A DNA stretch of 64,000 bases from positions 4,634,303 to 4,698,302 of the forward strand of contig CM082582.2 of assembly GCA_040954595.2 (NCBI GenBank), in the 5' to 3' direction. The position numbers and the translations under genes are program-made. Below the pieces are notes generated by a model that worked only from the letters and a program-made list of their open reading frames with translations, was not told where the DNA came from and made no database searches. Origin of the DNA: Balanoglossus misakiensis (Eukaryota; Animalia; Hemichordata). Numbering within the stretch: the first letter of the stretch is position 1; each line of letters opens with the position of its first letter. Shown in pieces: positions 20,224-32,711 of the stretch.

Positions 20224-22821
20224 TCACGTTACAATTAAATATCTAGTTCTCACTACTCGGCTTAGTATTGACGACTTATCCGCACTCCATTCCCCGTCAG
20301 ACATATTAAAATTCAAGTTAGCATATTTTGGTTCAAAATGAACACAATCGGGGGGTGTCCAATGCAGACAGGAATATACATATTCCATCATACTCGGTGC
20401 ACAACCTAGCATACAATGTAAAATGTCACTACTGGGTCTTAAACCAGATACCATTACTTGATTCCCACCCTGTGTCATTTCATATACAGTTCCTATAACT
20501 TTTAATGACTGGACAGACCATAAGGGCAACTCTGTTATGTGATGGTTGTTGGATTTCAGAACAACCTGTAGAGTCCCGTTGACCACGGACACAGACGATG
20601 ATACGAACGAGTCGACAATAGTCTCTATGGTACACATATCTGTGCTTGCTGATTCTGTTAGCGTGGTTGGGGTTGTAGGAACTACAGGGGAATATGTTGG
20701 TATTTGTTGGGAACATTGATCATTTGTGAGACCAAAGGTACGGAAGGTATTCGAACCACATATAAGCTGTTGACTTGAACAATCACAATTACACCTTGTC
20801 ACTGTACAATTATAGAGCGTTCCTCCCCAAAAAGTTGTGCATAGGTGGAAATATGCGCAATACTCTCGGGGAGTTGTAGCCGACGCGCATGCGCATTTAT
20901 ACGTGGATGGTTGACATACAGGGACTTCATGTATAAACCGGTTATCCCATTGCACACATTCGCGATCCGGAAGTTGTTGAGTATCGCTACAACGTCCAAC
21001 TTCCATGTCGTAGATCAAACACTCTGGTGAATCTGGTGTTGTGCAGTTCATTGACATAGTAGCTGTGCCCACATCCTTACAGTCTAATACGGGGTCACGG
21101 CTATCTGCGCAATCGCATTCGCAAAGGTAGCTCCGACACGCTATGTTCCAATCATTGGTTCTGTTTGACACGCGGTTACAGTTGTTTCTTAACAAACAGT
21201 GACTAGTTTCGTTACAAGGGCACTTGTGGTTGTTAGAACATAGCGGATATGTGTGGAACGTTGTTTCACGAAACCACGATTGACAAGGTGTGGATGCAAC
21301 GTGTATGTCGCAAGAATCACCGGTCAAGCGACGATCATTACATATGCAACCACTAAAAATGTCATCTTCTTCATTACGGCGTGTAACACTTCGTCCTTCT
21401 CCGTGCCATTTAGTGAAAGGGTGTGGAGGCGGACACATACGGCCCGAAACGCGATATTGACGCCTCGCACCCAATATCTCATCATCCACGGCCGGGTGAC
21501 ATAAGGGTAGTATTTTGGGATCATTTGTACACGTTAATTTACGCGTAATACAATCACACGCGCACGGGACAAAGGTACAATATCTATCGCCATTCCTATT
21601 GAGTAATTGTGAGCAGATAATTTCCATGTGGCAAGTTTCAGAGGCCACACCTTTTGTTCTGCAGGCACACATATGATTAGAATTCATTTTACAAACTATA
21701 TCATCCTGAACATTTCCATCGATGCAACTAAATTTGCACCGTTTTGCTTGTGTGTCCCACGTGCTTAAGTCGCAGACGGGCTCAATATCGGCCATACACC
21801 GGGTACTGATCACGCCTCTCCCGTAGACTTCTGTTTGGGTAGTACACTCTTTAGTCTGGCAGTCGCAGTGGCATAACTCCGCGCTGCAACTGATGACCCT
21901 CCCTCTCCAATGAGACACACATTTATTGAGATATCTACAAGTCTGTAAAACGACAGTGGCATTGTCACACCGACAAGGTACATCAGATAACGGGCACTTT
22001 TGTCCACGCCTGTCGGGCCATGCATGGGTACCTGGAGAGGCTGTTTTGCAGTAAGTTCGTTGATTTTGACAATTACATTTACAGGAGTAGCTATCGCATT
22101 GCCTAGACCCGTTAACCATGGAACACCTCTGTGTTGGTCTATTACACAACACCTGATGTGGGGGTGCAGCAGTCCCGCACGTGCATTGACTGCTGGTCGA
22201 CCGACAATATGAGTCTTGCAGGTAATCTATATCCCAATTCACGCATGGTGGGCTGTTTGTAAGTGCGTCTTGTTGTTCACAATTATCATCATCTACATTG
22301 TATATCACACACTTTTTCGTAGTTTGGCAAGCGGATGTCATAAAGCCGGTTTCTGTCTTTGTACAATACAATAAAGGATATTGCAATTGTGTACAAGCAC
22401 ATCTGCATTCGAACATCTCACACTGAACGGACCACGCTGCACCTCTATCTACATAACGACAATTCAATCGCAATAAACACCTATCGCTACTACCGCATGG
22501 ACAGTGATCATCGTTGGTACACAGCGGGTACCTGTATACTTTTACCGTATTGTGCCACCTTTGGCAATGTGGTGATGGAAGATAGACATCGCAATAATCT
22601 CCTACTACGTATGGTTTGTCGCATAAACATCCAGCGAACGTCAGATCATGAGAATTAACCATCGTAGCTATGCCTCTCCCGCCTTCCTCACCCCAACCGT
22701 GTACGTTGAGAGTTTGTTGGCAGGATATATCAAATGGTAAATGAAATTTTATCGTATTAGCTACGGACAATGTTAATAGGTGAAAGAATACAGTAATTGT
22801 TTTAACCAGTGTGACAGTCAT
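20224..22821 (-). CDS. Secreted cysteine-rich protein with internal duplication (865 aa)
   Basis: Signal peptide and two homologous halves (FAGCLCD..GDYCDV..YPLC / FSGCICN..GDSCDI..YPLC) built of repeated modules ending in CxCxC. No TM helix. Confidence 0.85.
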   Translation of the reverse strand: MTVTLVKTITVFFHLLTLSVANTIKFHLPFDISCQQTLNVHGWGEEGGRGIATMVNSHDLTFAGCLCDKPYVVGDYCDVYLPSPHCQRWHNTVKVYRYPLCTNDDHCPCGSSDRCLLRLNCRYVDRGAAWSVQCEMFECRCACTQLQYPLLYCTKTETGFMTSACQTTKKCVIYNVDDDNCEQQDALTNSPPCVNWDIDYLQDSYCRSTSSQCTCGTAAPPHQVLCNRPTQRCSMVNGSRQCDSYSCKCNCQNQRTYCKTASPGTHAWPDRRGQKCPLSDVPCRCDNATVVLQTCRYLNKCVSHWRGRVISCSAELCHCDCQTKECTTQTEVYGRGVISTRCMADIEPVCDLSTWDTQAKRCKFSCIDGNVQDDIVCKMNSNHMCACRTKGVASETCHMEIICSQLLNRNGDRYCTFVPCACDCITRKLTCTNDPKILPLCHPAVDDEILGARRQYRVSGRMCPPPHPFTKWHGEGRSVTRRNEEDDIFSGCICNDRRLTGDSCDIHVASTPCQSWFRETTFHTYPLCSNNHKCPCNETSHCLLRNNCNRVSNRTNDWNIACRSYLCECDCADSRDPVLDCKDVGTATMSMNCTTPDSPECLIYDMEVGRCSDTQQLPDRECVQWDNRFIHEVPVCQPSTYKCACASATTPREYCAYFHLCTTFWGGTLYNCTVTRCNCDCSSQQLICGSNTFRTFGLTNDQCSQQIPTYSPVVPTTPTTLTESASTDMCTIETIVDSFVSSSVSVVNGTLQVVLKSNNHHITELPLWSVQSLKVIGTVYEMTQGGNQVMVSGLRPSSDILHCMLGCAPSMMEYVYSCLHWTPPDCVHFEPKYANLNFNMSDGEWSADKSSILSRVVRTRYLIVT

Positions 22822-23082
22822 TGCTCACGGCCACCAACTGACTAGTTATTATATTAATACATGAAGTTACTTTGACATGACGTTTGTATTTGGAGAAGAG
22901 TTGACACAACGACAGTGAGAATCAAATTGCGCACACACGGGTTACGTGTGTTAGCCTGGATATCACGATCATACACCAGATTCAACTGAGTCAAACTATA
23001 ACCGCTTCATAAATATAGAGCGGGAATTCTTTGAGTCGCATATATGGCTACATCTAGGTGATTGGATAATTTGTCTACATAA

Positions 23083-23877
23083 GGCTGCATTCACAAACAC
23101 CTCTGGAGGGGGGGGACAGGAGAATTGAGGGGGGGATTTGAAAAAATTAAGGGTATGTAAGGGGAGGGGGATTTGAAATAATTTAGGGACTGAAAGGGGG
23201 GGGGACTTGAACACTTTGACGACTAAATATTTATTTTGAGTCCACAAAAATGCAGTTTCGCGCCCTTTATTTTACAAAATTTTCTAATGTGGGAGGGGGA
23301 AACCTCCTGCCACACCCACCCCCTCAATTCATCAACACCTTTCAATCATTGACTGGTTTATCTAGTGACCCAGGTCAGGGGACTTGCACCCACCCCATGA
23401 TAACTTTGCTCGGCGACGGTTAAATTTGTCCTCCCCAACAAACCGGTAGTTGAGTTAATTTGCTTTTGCCGGGTTCCTTAAAATGCAGCTTTGAGCTCTG
23501 TATTTTATAAAATTTTCTTACGTGGGAGGGGGACACCCCCTCCCAAACCCACCCCCTTCAATTCTCGGTTTACAATGTCTCCCAACACAGAATACAAATA
23601 CTTAAAAAATAAAAACAATGTTCAGTGAGGGGGTACATCAGTTTCAAATTCTTTTCATGGGAGCGCTGTTTTTCTTTTTTTTTACAAGATAGGTGATGTG
23701 TTTTGCTCTGTGAAAGAAAATGGGGGGGGGGGATTCAAAATTTTGGTAGTTCGGAAGGGGGGGGATTTGGAAATATTTCGGCTGTGTACGGGAGGCATGT
23801 GAAAATTAGCGGTAAAAAAAATTGAATTCTCCCGCCCCGCCCCCCCCCCCCCTCCAGAGGTGTTTGTGAATGCAACC
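23083..23877. mobile_element. PIF/Harbinger-type MITE
   Basis: TIRs ggctgcattcacaaacacctctggagggg / cccctccagaggtgtttgtgaatgcaacc (1 mismatch). TAA TSD at 23080-23082 and 23878-23880. Confidence 0.9.
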
Positions 23878-24360
23878 TAAGGGTATTTCGCAAAACATCC
23901 CGTAGGCTGTGGTTTGGATTTGAATAATCATGGTTGACGGTATAGATTGACTTTTACAAACGGGGTCAAACGGCCATTATGGCACAACGCTTTCGAGAAA
24001 ATTGCGTCCCCTTACTAACTGTAAGATTTTTCAATGTATTCCCCGCATACAAGTACTCGCTATATATTCATGGATATCATATGTGAGATTGTATGGCAAT
24101 GAAAGCCATAAATCCAGTGAATTTATCGAGACACACAATACGCCTTGCCAGTAGACTGACTTTTTCACATTTGCATAATCTTACCATAATGCGCCTTAGA
24201 ATGGGCAGGTTGCGTGACGAAGTTCTAATGTTGTACCAGGTTTTGGGGATCCATACGCGTTCTCTCGCGCCAACAACACCCCGATCAAATCTCCGTAATA
24301 ATATTAACGTGATTCACAGGGTCTCTACTTAAACAGCTCTATGTGCTTGGTAAACATATA

Positions 24361-25038
24361 ATGTTTTCGCAGTCAGGAGTTATTGTCACATTTGTCACTT
24401 TAATATTGTATGTTTTGATGACACACGGTGACCCGGCATCTAAGCGACATTCCTACTGTTTGAAATTCAACACTCTACCTGGAGTAAGCTTAACAGAGGC
24501 GAGGGAAATAATTCCAGGGGCATTATACCAAGCATGGCCAGGTCACGAATTTAGAGAAAACTGTTCAGATCCGAGACGGATCACAATTCATTCAAGAAAC
24601 AAATTGTATAAAATCAAACACAACGGATTACGGGGTCGGTTTAGCGACCTAGCTATTGCACATGCATGGACAGAAGCCAAAACGATAGTTTTAAATCGGA
24701 AGGATCTATATGGGTTTAAGACAAGGATCTCGGTCGTCGACAGGTCTGACCGTTACGCGGATTGGTGTTTTATCTCCAACAATACAGAATCATTGTACAG
24801 CGCGTGTTCGCTTTGTTTGCATCGCCTGAATTTCACTTCCGTTGGGGCAAAATGTAAGGCAATTGTGATTGACGTCGGTTTCATTATAGCGCACGAAATA
24901 GGACATGTTATCGGCCACGATCATGAAGAAACGGGAGTGATGAGGCGATTCTTACGGAGTCCCCTAGAACCAATAGCAACAGAAATATCTGATTTATACC
25001 CTAGAATAAACGCACAATTGACACGCCCTCTAGGGTGA
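24361..25038 (+). CDS. Secreted metzincin (matrixin/M10-like) zinc metalloprotease
   Basis: Signal/anchor peptide, zinc motif HEIGHVIGHDH, and Met-turn GVM. Confidence 0.85.
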   Translation: MFSQSGVIVTFVTLILYVLMTHGDPASKRHSYCLKFNTLPGVSLTEAREIIPGALYQAWPGHEFRENCSDPRRITIHSRNKLYKIKHNGLRGRFSDLAIAHAWTEAKTIVLNRKDLYGFKTRISVVDRSDRYADWCFISNNTESLYSACSLCLHRLNFTSVGAKCKAIVIDVGFIIAHEIGHVIGHDHEETGVMRRFLRSPLEPIATEISDLYPRINAQLTRPLG

Positions 25039-25145
25039 CGTATGCTGATTCCTAGGCTGTGTTCGTGTTAAGTGTGGGATGACGCATGCGTACGTGATTC
25101 ACCCTGACGGCCACGATCACGCCAATTGAGTGACTACATTCTCCT

Positions 25146-28100
25146 TGTCTGCTGACGAGACGCATGCGAACGTGGGTACCCCACGACTGAGATTGACGAC
25201 CTTGTACTACATGCAAAGTCCGTGAATGTCTTTGTATGACAGGCATGGTGTCTGCGCGAATGCATTACATACACAGGCTTTCGTAACCTGACGTTGGTGG
25301 CGTTCCACATTCTCCTCGCTTTCCAAAAGGGTAGTAGATACAAGAAAATGCCTTGATGGCATGACATATTATTGTATTTCTATTTTGGATTTAAAGGGCC
25401 AATCGGCAATATATACATACTGAATAAACATATTCATTCATTCATTCATTCATTCGTTCATTCCCCACGATGTAGATTGGATTGTAGGAGACGACCTTGT
25501 CAACAAATCCCACGGGGGTTTGCTACCTACAACGTTCATGCATGCATGTGTCTGCTGACGAGACGCATGCGAACGTGGGTACCCCACGACTGAGATTGAC
25601 GACCTTGTATAATTCCGTGAATGTCTTTGTATGACAGGCATGGTGTCTGCGCGAATGCATTACATACACAGGCTTTCGTAACCCGACGTTGGTGGCGTTC
25701 CACATTCTCCTCGCTTTCCAAAAGGGTAGTAGGTACAAGAAAATGCCTTGATGGCATGACATATTATTGTATTTCTATTTTGGATTTAAAGGGCCAATCG
25801 GCAATATATACATACTGAATAAACATATTCATTCATTCATTCATTCATTCGTTCATTCCCCACGATGTAGATTGGATTGTAGGAGACGACCTTGTCAACA
25901 AATCCCACGGGGGTTTACTACCTACAACGTTCATGCATGCATGTGTCTGCTGACGAGACGCATGCGAACGTGGGTACCCCACGACTGAGATTGACGACCT
26001 TGTACTACATGCAAAGTCCGTGAATGTCTTTGTATGACAGGCATGGTGTCTGCGCGAATGCATTACATACACAGGCTTTCGTAACCTGACGTTGGTGGCG
26101 TTCCACATTCTCCTCGCTTTCCAAAAGGGTAGTAGGTACAAGAAAATGCCTTGATGGCATGACATATTATTGTATTTCTATTTTGGATTTAAAGGGCCAA
26201 TCGGCAATATATACATACTGAATAAACATATTCATTCATTCATTCATTCATTCGTTCATTCCCCACGATGTAGATTGGATTGTAGGAGACGACCTTGTCA
26301 ACAAATCCCACGGGGGTTTACTACCTACAACGTTCATGCATGCATGTGTCTGCTGACGAGACGCATGCGAACGTGGGTACCCCACGACTGAGATTGACGA
26401 CCTTGTACTACATGCAAAGTCCGTGAATGTCTTTGTATGACAGGCATGGTGTCTGCGCGAATGCATTACATACACAGGCTTTCGTAACCTGACGTTGGTG
26501 GCGTTCCACATTCTCCTCGCTTTCCAAAAGGGTAGTAGGTACAAGAAAATGCCTTGATGGCATGACATATGATTGTATTTCTATTTTGGATTTAAAGGGC
26601 CAATCGGCAATATATACATACTGAATAAACATATTCATTCATTCATTCATTCATTCGTTCATTCCCCACGATGTAGATTGGATTGTAGGAGACGACCTTG
26701 TCAACAAATCCCACGGGGGTTTACTACCTACAACGTTCATGCATGCATGTGTCTGCTGACGAGACGCATGCGAACGTGGGTACCCCACGACTGAGATTGA
26801 CGACCTTGTACTACATGCAAAGTCCGTGAATGTCTTTGTATGACAGGCATGGTGTCTGCGCGAATGCATTACATACACAGGCTTTCGTAACCCGACGTTG
26901 GTGGCGTTCCACATTCTCCTCGCTTTCCAAAAGGGTAGTAGATACAAGAAAATGCCTTGATGGCATGACATATTATTGTATTTCTATTTTGGATTTAAAG
27001 GGCCAATCGGCAATATATACATACTGAATAAACATATTCATTCATTCATTCATTCATTCGTTCATTCCCCACGATGTAGATTGGATTGTAGGAGACGACC
27101 TTGTCAACAAATCCCACGGGGGTTTACTACCTACAACGTTCATGCATGCATGTGTCTGCTGACGAGACGCATGCGAACGTGGGTACCCCACGACTGAGAT
27201 TGACGACCTTGTACTACATGCAAAGTCCGTGAATGTCTTTGTATGACAGGCATGGTGTCTGCGCGAATGCATTACATACACAGGCTTTCGTAACCTGACG
27301 TTGGTGGCGTTCCACATTCTCCTCGCTTTCCAAAAGGGTAGTAGGTACAAGAAAATGCCTTGATGGCATGACATATGATTGTATTTCTATTTTGGATTTA
27401 AAGGGCCAATCGGCAATATATACATACTGAATAAACATATTCATTCATTCATTCATTCATTCGTTCATTCCCCACGATGTAGATTGGATTGTAGGAGACG
27501 ACCTTGTCAACAAATCCCACGGGGGTTTGCTACCTACAACGTTCATGCATGCATGTGTCTGCTGACGAGACGCATGCGAACGTGGGTACCCCACGACTGA
27601 GATTGACGACCTTGTATAATTCCGTGAATGTCTTGTACTATGATAGGCATGGTGTCTGCGCGAATGCATTACATACACAGGCTTTCGTAACCCGACGTTG
27701 GTGGCGTTCCACATTCTCCTCGCTTTCCAAAAGGGTAGTAGATACAAGAAAATGCCTTGATGGCATGACATATTATTGTATTTCTATTTTGTATTTAATG
27801 GCCAATCGGCAATATATACATACTGAATAAACATATTCATTCATTCATTCATTCATTCGTTCATTCCCCACGATGTAGATTGGATTGTAGGAGACGACCT
27901 TGTCAACAAATCCCACGGGGGTTTACTACCTACAACGTTCATGCATGCATGTGTCTGCTGACGAGACGCATGCGAACGTGGGTACCCCACGACTGAGATT
28001 GACGACCTTGTATAATTCCGTGAATGTCTTGTACTATGACAGGCATGGTGTCTGCGCGAATGCATTACATACACAGGCTTTCGTAACCCGACGTTGGTGG

Positions 28101-29306
28101 CGTTCCACATTCTCCTCGCTTTCCAAAAGGGTAGTAGATACAAGAAAATGCCTTGATGGCATGACATATTATTGTATTTCTATTTTGGATTTAAAGGGCC
28201 AATCGGCAATATATACATACTGAATAAACATATTCATTCATTCATTCATTCATTCGTTCATTCCCCACGATGTAGATTGGATTGTAGGAGACGACCTTGT
28301 CAACAAATCCCACGGGGGTTTACTACCTACAACGTTCATGCATGCATGTGTCTGCTGACGAGACGCATGCGAACGTGGGTACCCCACGACTGAGATTGAC
28401 GACCTTGTACTACATGCAAAGTCCGTGAATGTCTTTGTATGACAGGCATGGTGTCTGCGCGAATGCATTACATACACAGGCTTTCGTAACCCGACGTTGG
28501 TGGCGTTCCACATTCTCCTCGCTTTCCAAAAGGGTAGTAGGTACAAGAAAATGCCTTGATGGCATGACATATTATTGTATTTCTATTTTGGATTTAAAGG
28601 GCCAATCGGCAATATATACATACTGAATAAACATATTCATTCATTCATTCATTCATTCGTTCATTCCCCACGATGTAGATTGGATTGTAGGAGACGACCT
28701 TGTCAACAAATCCCACGGGGGTTTACTACCTACAACGTTCATGCATGCATGTGTCTGCTGACGAGACGCATGCGAACGTGGGTACCCCACGACTGAGATT
28801 GACGACCTTGTACTACATGCAAAGTCCGTGAATGTCTTTGTATGACAGGCATGGTGTCTGCGCGAATGCATTACATACACAGGCTTTCGTAACCTGACGT
28901 TGGTGGCGTTCCACATTCTCCTCGCTTTCCAAAAGGGTAGTAGGTACAAGAAAATGCCTTGATGGCATGACATATGATTGTATTTCTATTTTGGATTTAA
29001 AGGGCCAATCGGCAATATATACATACTGAATAAACATATTCATTCATTCATTCATTCATTCGTTCATTCCCCACGATGTAGATTGGATTGTAGGAGACGA
29101 CCTTGTCAACAAATCCCACGGGGGTTTACTACCTACAACGTTCATGCATGCATGTGTCTGCTGACGAGACGCATGCGAACGTGGGTACCCCACGACTGAG
29201 ATTGACGACCTTGTATAATTCCGTGAATGTCTTGTACTATGATAGGCATGGTGTCTGCGCGAATGCATTACATACACAGGCTTTCGTAACCTGACGTTGG
29301 TGGCGT
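25146..29306. repeat. Large tandem array, ~395-403-bp unit x ~10.4
   Basis: The unit marker ttgtatttctattttg occurs at 25372, 25767, 26170, 26573, 26976, 27379, ~27776, 28172, 28575 and 28978. Each unit has AATAAA followed by (TTCA)n, plus hairpins. Confidence 0.97.
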
Positions 29307-29372
29307 CAACATTTTTGTATGTATGGCAATAACCATCCGCCAGCCCATTCAAACCATTTAAACTGTATAACC

Positions 29373-31418
29373 ATGACACATCGTCCGGTCGTGATCTGCA
29401 CACATGGCACTCAAGAGTTATACTCGGTCGGGTTTGATGAACTCGACCAAAAATTACCCTTCCTCGGTGGCTATGTCAGGTATAACGACGCTGATCGGAC
29501 CAATAGACGTGGAGGTAATGACAATTACATTTTGGATCTTCATACGCTAGATTTAAATATCCCGGTGGAAATATGGAAACTGTTATTCTTTTACGTGCAA
29601 CACGAACACATCCCACAAGACGGATGGGTGAACGTTACCAATATATTGGAAATCACTCGTGTAGCGGACATGCTGTTAGTGCCTGGATTCATGCAAGAAC
29701 TAACGAAAGTTATTTTGATGTCTAATGACCGCGATTCTCGCGTAGATTGCTTTGCCTGTGATACGCCTGTGCACGTGAAAGCTGGACTAGAGTATTTCAA
29801 GTTCCTCGTGGAAAATTTCGGCGACAGTACACCTGTATATTCGGATTTGACAGACGCAGTTGCGTGCACTCTGGCAGCAAAGACCATTTGGATATGGCAT
29901 CATCACGTGGGCGACATTTGGGAGAAAGAACACGTGAACCGATTTGCTAAGCGACGCAAGAGTTATTTTGATATAGAACGTCATGTTTTCTATACAGTGT
30001 TGGCCTGGTTGCGAATTCGCCAAACGGACCTGTCTTCGAGACTGGACCTTCTTATCGGATTGCCTAACACAACCGCCGTATTAGAAACCGAAATTATTAC
30101 GAAGATTATGGAAGAAATTTTCAGTAATCGTGCCCAAGGTCAGGAGTGGTGGTCTAGAAGAAAGAAGACGCCGCTTCCCGTTCATCTTCACGACACTTCA
30201 TTCAGGCAAGAGATAACAAACATGAGAAGAGAAAATCCAGCTGATATGACATATGTAAAAACTTCCACGTTACAATTGTCGTGCAACGAACTTACAATCT
30301 TAAACGATTTTACAGGCAACTTTCGTAAGTTTACTATAGTAAATGAACCCGAACAAGATGGACGCGACACAGTTGAATACCTGCAGTACCTTTACGATCT
30401 TCTGGTTTCTGACGACGACCGGTTTTTGTATTCATTTGACACGCGCAAGGGCAGAATTATATTTCGAGCAATCGACATAGGTGGAATCTCCGACCGCGAT
30501 ACGGCTGGTACGTCAGAAGGTGTCCCGAGAATTGGGTGGGACTTGGTCGTGGGTTGCTCTAAGCCATTCCAGCCCCAGCTTGGGGGTGAGGGGATCGTTC
30601 AAGCAGTAAAAGTCGCGAACACGTTTTTTGTTAATTTTGGGATGACGCAATTGTACGTGTTTCACAATGATGGATATTGGTTGGTATACGACGACCCTGG
30701 TCAAGTATCCCACGTTGAAAAAATGCCGTACCTGACGCTGAAAAGCGCCCCCGGGAATACGACACGCGCGGTCAGTTATTGCGTCCGCAGAGAAGGTGAA
30801 AACAGTTTGATAATATACGCAATCGCTCGGAATAAAGAAATGTTCAGGATGCGGGTTGCGAAGGATCTGTTTCAACAAAAACTCCAAACAAGCCTAGTAA
30901 CCGGAGATGACTCTGCAGAGGTATACCTTCCAATGACATATCCCGACCTGGGGTTCTGTACCAAAGAATTACCAAGTATATTCGATGTCCCCCATGTCGG
31001 GCTTGTTGTGGTGGGTGGGTTTTCATTAACTCACGACCAAGATTGGGATATGCTCGACTACCCACCCCCTTGCGTTAAATTGGAATGTCACATTTTACAT
31101 TCTGAGAACGAAACTACCGCCGAGGTTAGTTGCAAATGGGTGAAAAAAGTGTATGTGAGTAGGCCTACGTCCGACGCCAGCCTACCGACTTGCGTACCAA
31201 TATTGTGTTATGGTCCCGACAGATCGTTAAAGGGGTACGCCAGCCGTGGACAAATCACCTTATTTTCTGGAGACCGTAAATGTGCATTTACAAGGCGTGT
31301 GTTCAACTGTTATGTCATAATATTGGATTTGGTCAACGACACATTAACGCTGCAAAGACGAACCGGATTGCAAGAATACCTGCCCGACACGGATGCACTG
31401 ATACACGGCCAATGTTAG
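29373..31418 (+). CDS. BTB(-BACK) protein with beta-rich C-terminal (kelch-like?) domain; paralogue of 54080-56164
   Basis: BTB-like WKLLFFYV...NILEITRVADMLLV and BACK-like ERHVFYTVLAW. Aligns motif by motif with 54080-56164. The ORF track starts at 29319. Confidence 0.7.
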   Translation: MTHRPVVICTHGTQELYSVGFDELDQKLPFLGGYVRYNDADRTNRRGGNDNYILDLHTLDLNIPVEIWKLLFFYVQHEHIPQDGWVNVTNILEITRVADMLLVPGFMQELTKVILMSNDRDSRVDCFACDTPVHVKAGLEYFKFLVENFGDSTPVYSDLTDAVACTLAAKTIWIWHHHVGDIWEKEHVNRFAKRRKSYFDIERHVFYTVLAWLRIRQTDLSSRLDLLIGLPNTTAVLETEIITKIMEEIFSNRAQGQEWWSRRKKTPLPVHLHDTSFRQEITNMRRENPADMTYVKTSTLQLSCNELTILNDFTGNFRKFTIVNEPEQDGRDTVEYLQYLYDLLVSDDDRFLYSFDTRKGRIIFRAIDIGGISDRDTAGTSEGVPRIGWDLVVGCSKPFQPQLGGEGIVQAVKVANTFFVNFGMTQLYVFHNDGYWLVYDDPGQVSHVEKMPYLTLKSAPGNTTRAVSYCVRREGENSLIIYAIARNKEMFRMRVAKDLFQQKLQTSLVTGDDSAEVYLPMTYPDLGFCTKELPSIFDVPHVGLVVVGGFSLTHDQDWDMLDYPPPCVKLECHILHSENETTAEVSCKWVKKVYVSRPTSDASLPTCVPILCYGPDRSLKGYASRGQITLFSGDRKCAFTRRVFNCYVIILDLVNDTLTLQRRTGLQEYLPDTDALIHGQC

Positions 31419-32323
31419 GCTTTACTCCTGCGAACGAACCAAACCCACATTAACGTGTTAAAGTGAAATGCAAATGGCAGAAAACAACATTCGCGAGCGA
31501 AATAATAACGAAAAAATACCACGATGTACCGGCTTTTGCACAGGCCCGATTTTCGCCCGATTTTCTAAACGTATATGACACAGAAGGGATTATTTTTTAT
31601 TAAATTGTTGTTTGGACCAACTCCTCAATGTTTTTATTTGTTGTAATGTCACTATACATTCGTGTAATGTGAATAAATGTTCCTTTTCAAACCATAACCG
31701 TTCATGTCCCGTCGCAGTGAATGAATGAATGAACGAACGAATGATGAATGACGGAAGGAATTAATGAATGAAGGACAGAATTAATGAATGAATTTGAAGG
31801 CTGCACCAGCAAACTGGACATAGGAGATGGCGCGTGTCATCCTTTAAACTGAGAGAGCCTGTTAGTCGTAATCAGGGAGTGTGATAAGTATAAGTATAAG
31901 TGGCCGTTAGAGGGCGCGTATTCGAACAACCATGTCATGTCGCTGCAATGAATTTGAAGGCTGCACCAGCAAACTGGACATAGGGAAGTACGCTTTATCG
32001 TTCACAAGTGTATAATTGTACATGTGAATGTCAGCGGGCACTTTGTCTACAAGGCATATCGTGTGTAAGTACTCGTTTCATGCAGGCGCATATTTGGACA
32101 TTTGACCGTTAAAGGGTGTGATAGTTATAAAAATCATTCGGGTATAAGTACGGTAATACGCGTGTCATGCGTGGGTTTTCGGTCAGCGGAAAAGGATACG
32201 TCATGTTTGTGGACCTACATTTAACAAACATACAGACAAGAACGTGTTTTTTCCAACATATGTCTTTATTACCAGAGAATGAGCGAGACACAACGGGATT
32301 TCTCGACATTTATAACGCCTTAA

Positions 32324-32672
32324 AGGGACAAAGTCTCTCTCTCGCTGCCCTTTTTTCCATTAATTATGTTTGATACAAGACACTGGTTATGTTAATGTAA
32401 ATGTGGATATATAGTGAATCAATGATCAACCACACAAAACTTCCATCCCACTTGTATGATATGAGAGTAAAAACTCACCCAAAATGAATAAATGGTAAAG
32501 AACGATTATTCATTTTGGCGAGTTTTTTTCACTCTCCTGACTATAAGAGGGATGGAAGTTGTGTGTGGTTGAACGTTCATTCACTATATATCCACATGTA
32601 GAATAACAAACAGTGTCTTGTATCAAATATAATTAATGGAAAAAAGGGCAGCGAGAGAGAGACTGTGTCCCT
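32324..32672. mobile_element. Kolobok-like MITE with long TIRs and TTAA TSD
   Basis: TTAA|agggacaaagtctctctctcgctgcccttttttccattaattat ... ataattaatggaaaaaagggcagcgagagagagactgtgtccct|TTAA. Confidence 0.85.
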
Positions 32673-32711
32673 TTAATATCTCCATCCATTGCGGAATTTT
32701 TATACCAACCG

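Noticed and set aside
25146-29306. Hammerhead ribozyme/retrozyme in the 403-bp unit (CTGACGAG...GAAC-hairpin)
   Set aside because: GAAA and the NUH cleavage triplet are missing, and stems I and II do not pair convincingly. An Infernal search would settle it.
25052-29403. Many 60-115 aa ORFs on both strands within the array
   Set aside because: They are products of repeat periodicity, cross microsatellites and change frame between units.
31786-31983. ~38-bp direct repeat with upstream (TGAA)n as an LTR element
   Set aside because: Too short, with no TG...CA ends, PBS or TSD. Probably a local duplication.
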